Below are positions 62,708 through 64,000 of a DNA stretch of 64,000 nucleotides, one piece after another. A program made the translations under genes and the position numbers. Every line of letters starts with the position of its first letter. Position 1 is the stretch's first letter. This stretch comes from an uncultured delta proteobacterium. GTDB taxonomy: Bacteria > Desulfobacterota > Syntrophia > Syntrophales > Smithellaceae. The stretch covers positions 762,292 through 826,291 of the forward strand of contig CAVPJZ010000002.1 of NCBI GenBank assembly GCA_963705555.1, given 5' to 3'. The notes under the pieces were generated by a model. It searched no databases. It was not told the DNA's origin and saw only the letters and a program-made list of their open reading frames with translations.

Positions 62708-63988
62708 TTATTGGGTAATGCCGAAAATCAACGGCAGGTCATGCTCCGTCCAAGTGTAACGACTTTTGTATATAAACGGATGGATATAAATTAAATTGAT
62801 GCCTTTGCTAGCTTTCTTGAAAAGGAGAGAAGCTCTGATAGTTTCATGCGGTTTGATAGCAACCCCTTTTGTTCCGGCAGCTTTGCTGGTAATCTTCTGC
62901 GAACGTTTAACAAAATTCACTTCAGTAACTTCGTAATTCTTCCCCGTCTTGTCGATCAGTTTTGATTTTGCATATGATTTTTCGAAAGTATCGTACAAGG
63001 CTACACTTTTCTCAATTTTGGAATTATTGCGAATCCGGATTGACAAGGTGACATCGCCGCCGGTTGATCTTATGCCGGCATATATAAAATCGATTTCTTC
63101 AGCCTTAAGAGACCCAACATTAGGCTTCATCTCGGCTTGTTCTGATACCTTTTGTTCCGATTCCGTATTCGCACGCGAGGCTTCGGTTGATTTTTTCATA
63201 AATGATGACTTATCTTTTCCCATAGGTATGAAAAAAAATGTGGCAATAACTATGATAGCGATCACCGGAGCGGCAATGAATATGATTTTCTTATTGGCAT
63301 TGTGCCATTGCTTGATTATTTTTCCATGAAGTTGGCTAAATGCTGCACGAAATGAATCTGCAAACAGTTTGAGACGCTTTTCTGTAAATGTGTTCATAAG
63401 ACGCAGACGCAGGCCTTTATCACTAAGTCTTCTTTTAGGGACATTTTCAGAGGCAGTGCTGGCGGAAACCGTATTTACAGGTGCCACTGTATTATGTGTT
63501 GTTGGCGTTACTTCTTTTTCCATTGGTCGCGAAGCTTTTGATTTAGGAACTAAATCTTGTTTTGGAGATCTTTTCTCACTATAACTGGTTAGTGTTTGTT
63601 TTATACGTTCAGCAGCTTTTTCTATACGGTCTTCTTTTCCCTCAAAAGCATCCAACCAATGTCTTCCCTGAAGTTCAAGTTTAATAGCGCCGATCGGCAG
63701 TATATTTTCAATTCTGACAGGGATTACTAAAATATTTTCCTCATCAGCCATTGAAATTTCCTTTATAACCTGTCTGGATTTATTTGATGCTGAAGAAAAA
63801 AGTAACACCATGGCAATTCCGGGACTGCCTTCAAGTACTTCTATTATCCCTTCTCTCCAACTAAATCCTGGCAATAAATCTCTATGATCTATCCAACATC
63901 TGATTTTTTTTGCCTCCAAATGGTGAACAAGTGCATCGGCAATTTTTCTGTCATCTGAACAATAACTTATAAAAACATCGTAATTCAT
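62708..63988 (-). CDS. TIR-domain protein with single TM helix and extracytoplasmic C-terminal domain
   Basis: YDVFISY, CWID.RD..PG, S.QV.KE (catalytic Glu position), IPVRIE; TM IIFIAAPVIAIIVIATFFFI; AGGAGG ribosome-binding site. Confidence 0.88.
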   Translation of the reverse strand: MNYDVFISYCSDDRKIADALVHHLEAKKIRCWIDHRDLLPGFSWREGIIEVLEGSPGIAMVLLFSSASNKSRQVIKEISMADEENILVIPVRIENILPIGAIKLELQGRHWLDAFEGKEDRIEKAAERIKQTLTSYSEKRSPKQDLVPKSKASRPMEKEVTPTTHNTVAPVNTVSASTASENVPKRRLSDKGLRLRLMNTFTEKRLKLFADSFRAAFSQLHGKIIKQWHNANKKIIFIAAPVIAIIVIATFFFIPMGKDKSSFMKKSTEASRANTESEQKVSEQAEMKPNVGSLKAEEIDFIYAGIRSTGGDVTLSIRIRNNSKIEKSVALYDTFEKSYAKSKLIDKTGKNYEVTEVNFVKRSQKITSKAAGTKGVAIKPHETIRASLLFKKASKGINLIYIHPFIYKSRYTWTEHDLPLIFGITQ

Positions 63989-64000
63989 TTCTCTCCTCCT

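Overview
Bacterial chromosomal window, probably from an anaerobic syntrophic Desulfobacterota (Smithella/Syntrophus-like). That placement is inferred from gene content and protein style and is not verified. Many genes, including the essential leuS, carry single-base frameshifts, so most broken ORFs are probably consensus errors rather than pseudogenes. Contents, left to right: redox and hydrolase genes; an extended arsenic-resistance/thiol-redox operon (arsR to acr3); an OsmC-like protein with an in-frame UGA and a SECIS-like hairpin; a membrane histidine kinase and NtrC-type activator divergent from a sigma-54 promoter that drives an auxiliary type II fatty-acid/lipid operon; an SPFH/zinc-ribbon pair; an HD-domain (SAMHD1-like) gene coupled to a class III ribonucleotide reductase homologue whose glycyl-radical Gly is replaced by Lys; rpsT; peptidoglycan-recycling genes around leuS-lptE; an integrase-less integron array (Pc-like promoter, attI-like site, three attC cassettes, two of them HEPN-like); a MinD-like/J-HTH pair; dapF-dapL; ychF; and, at the right edge, a TIR gene plus an RCK-RyR membrane protein gene ending in a decayed tRNA-Thr(CGT), probably the end of a genomic island. 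The best candidates for undescribed systems are the HD + radical-less NrdD operon, the TIR + RCK/RyR pair, the HEPN-like cassette array and the sigma-54 lipid operon.
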